The notes under the pieces were generated by a model, which saw only the letters and a program-made list of their open reading frames with translations, was not told the origin of the DNA and made no database searches. DNA of 64,000 nucleotides, taken from positions 4,898,001-4,962,000 of the forward strand of contig OZ024748.1 in assembly GCA_964016885.1 (NCBI GenBank). Direction: 5' to 3'. Of the stretch, positions 61,972-64,000 are shown one piece after another. The stretch comes from Eledone cirrhosa (taxonomy: Eukaryota). The number at the start of each line of letters is the position of its first letter. Within the stretch, counting starts at the first letter, position 1. The position numbers and the translations under genes were made by a program.

Positions 61972-64000
61972 TTGATAGAGTAAGACACGCTTCGCATCGG
62001 CTCCGCTATTCCATCGGGATTTACCCTTGCTATTGTAAGTACCGGATAAATTTTTTAATGCAACACATTTGGAACACTAACCCCTGTTATTTAGGGAAAC
62101 ATTTTTGCATTTACCCCCTTTTTAGGGGGTAAAATAAATATCTATTTTTGCCGAAAAATTTCTTTCTTGGCAGCATGGCGGAAAAGATGGCAGACATGTC
62201 TGCCATTAGCTCTGCCACGCCCCCCAAGTCTGAAGAACAAAAAATAATTACAACAAAATTAGACATTGAAACAAACAAACAAAATGAAAAAACAAATGTT
62301 AAGGAAAATGAGCAAACAGAAAACAAACAAACAGAAAATAATACAAATAACGACAGGGCAACTTTCGCCCAGAAAACAAAGCAATCCATTACATACACAC
62401 CAATTGACCTAACTGCCGCCAGAGAAAAACTGGCCGAAGCAAAGAAACATATTGTTTTGGGGGAAAACGGAATGTTTTCCATTAACTCCCCCCCAGAATT
62501 CAAGAAAGCCAGAGCAGAAAACACAGTTATATACAGAACTATACTAAACCAGTCAAGAAAGCCAGCACAGCCCAGCCAAATGGAAATAGAGTTAGTCCTA
62601 AAAGACTATATGAAGAATATTCTCTTCATACGAAAGGACCGACTCTATGGCAGCATTTCGGTCCTAACAAGAGACAAAGAAACGGCGGTTCAGCTTTCCC
62701 TAAGCCCACTCTCGTCGACAACATATAGCTTCTATCCCTCCTACATGGGTAGAAGAACTCAGAGAATAAAAGTAAAAACAATGCTGCCCACAATGGACTT
62801 CTGGTGGGCTATTGCTGGCTTCATTGATATGGGCGAAGACACTATGCTGTCAATGGGGAAGGCAACTGGAGATGCGTTCCTGGGAATGGGCCTCGACATA
62901 CTAGTCCAAATGAGGCCCGAAAGAATAGCACAAATCCCGGATCGCATCTGGCTGGATGACCTTACCCCAATAGACATAATTGTAGAGGGGAGAAGACCAG
63001 CATGCTATTTATGCATGGAAAGGGGACACGTTAAGGCTAACTGCCCGAAACGTATCCCCCAAAAAGGACTATTGCCCACACCCACCACAAACAGTACACC
63101 AGCACCACCCACCTCCAAAAATACACTAATACCACACACAGCAAACAAAATACAGACACCACCAACCACAAACACAACACAAACATCACCACCACCAGCA
63201 CCAAACACAAGCACGACACAAAAATCACCACCACCAACCACAACACAAACATCACCACCACCATTACCAACCACAAGCACGACACAAACATTACCACCAC
63301 CACCACCACCACAAACCCATTCCAAACAAATAATAAAAAAAACAGTAACAAATCTACCCCTCCCGCAAAAAAAAAACAACCACACAACACGTCCCTCCCA
63401 CCTAGCGCTGAAGAGTTTCCCCCAACTTCTGAAGAAGAAGGAGGAGAAGCCTTCAGACAAGTTAAAAGAAAAAAAAGAAAACACACACCCAGCACACCAC
63501 AAATAACCCACACACAAACACCAACTCCAATCAAAAACACCCCACCCTCAACAAACAAAAATAAATCTGCGCCTCCCCTCTCCGAAACATTGACAGCATC
63601 ACAAAAAAAGACGTTGCAATACACATATATAAATAAAGAAAACAAAAAACTGGTTAAATTAATAAACAATAACCCTATGGTGCAGACCGAAGGGCCAAAC
63701 TTTATCTCAACAGAGAACTTCACCCATTTAAAAATGATAAAGGTCCCTCTGGACCTTTATCGTTCCTTAAAAGAACAATTTAGACGGGACGTGAGCCCCC
63801 CCTGTTTAAAACCGTTGAATCGCGTCCTCTTGAAAGATTTCCCCATAACCGCCCCTCTCCCTGACACAACTCCAAATACCCCAACCCCACCACACACGTG
63901 TACCCCCACACCACCACAAAACATCCCTCCACCCAACACACCTGATGCCATGGAAATTACGCAACCCGGAGAGGTAAGTGCTTTTCTTTCTTCACTTTCA
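61972..64000 (+). mobile_element. 5' part of a probably full-length Tx1/L1-clade element (5'UTR plus ORF1), running off the window
   Basis: Starts directly after (CTAT)n and carries a gag-like ORF1. Confidence 0.82.
62175..63506 (+). CDS. ORF1 gag-like nucleic-acid-binding protein with a CCHC zinc knuckle; probably frameshifted, continuing to the window end
   Basis: VEGRRPACYLCMERGHVKANCP followed by a Pro/Thr-rich linker; first ATG at 62175. Confidence 0.82.
   Translation: MAEKMADMSAISSATPPKSEEQKIITTKLDIETNKQNEKTNVKENEQTENKQTENNTNNDRATFAQKTKQSITYTPIDLTAAREKLAEAKKHIVLGENGMFSINSPPEFKKARAENTVIYRTILNQSRKPAQPSQMEIELVLKDYMKNILFIRKDRLYGSISVLTRDKETAVQLSLSPLSSTTYSFYPSYMGRRTQRIKVKTMLPTMDFWWAIAGFIDMGEDTMLSMGKATGDAFLGMGLDILVQMRPERIAQIPDRIWLDDLTPIDIIVEGRRPACYLCMERGHVKANCPKRIPQKGLLPTPTTNSTPAPPTSKNTLIPHTANKIQTPPTTNTTQTSPPPAPNTSTTQKSPPPTTTQTSPPPLPTTSTTQTLPPPPPPQTHSKQIIKKTVTNLPLPQKKNNHTTRPSHLALKSFPQLLKKKEEKPSDKLKEKKENTHPAHHK

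Noticed and set aside
63005-63723. Minus-strand Val/Gly/Cys-rich ORFs
   Set aside because: Antisense shadows of the A/C-rich ORF1 linker.

Overview
AT-rich, repeat-saturated animal non-coding DNA with no recognisable host exon. An octopod cephalopod is the likely source, inferred from the tRNA-derived SINE family and the extreme (TA)n/(CA)n content. Almost all ORFs in the track are microsatellite artefacts. The real coding remnants are all from transposons: Tx1/L1-clade retrotransposons in (TATC)n, RTE-like LINE pieces (one with a 5' inversion), an internally deleted mariner, and a Penelope GIY-YIG C-terminus. The main hidden signal is RNA structure. I read about 20 minimal type-I hammerhead ribozyme (HHR) motifs, from roughly ten unrelated short-element families, embedded in (TA)n and often arranged as fold-back palindromes. 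The best case is a 310-bp tandem array at about 30.0-31.2 kb with one intact HHR per unit, a retrozyme/pLTR-like candidate source of 310-nt circular RNA. All structures were read by eye and no searches or folding programs were run.
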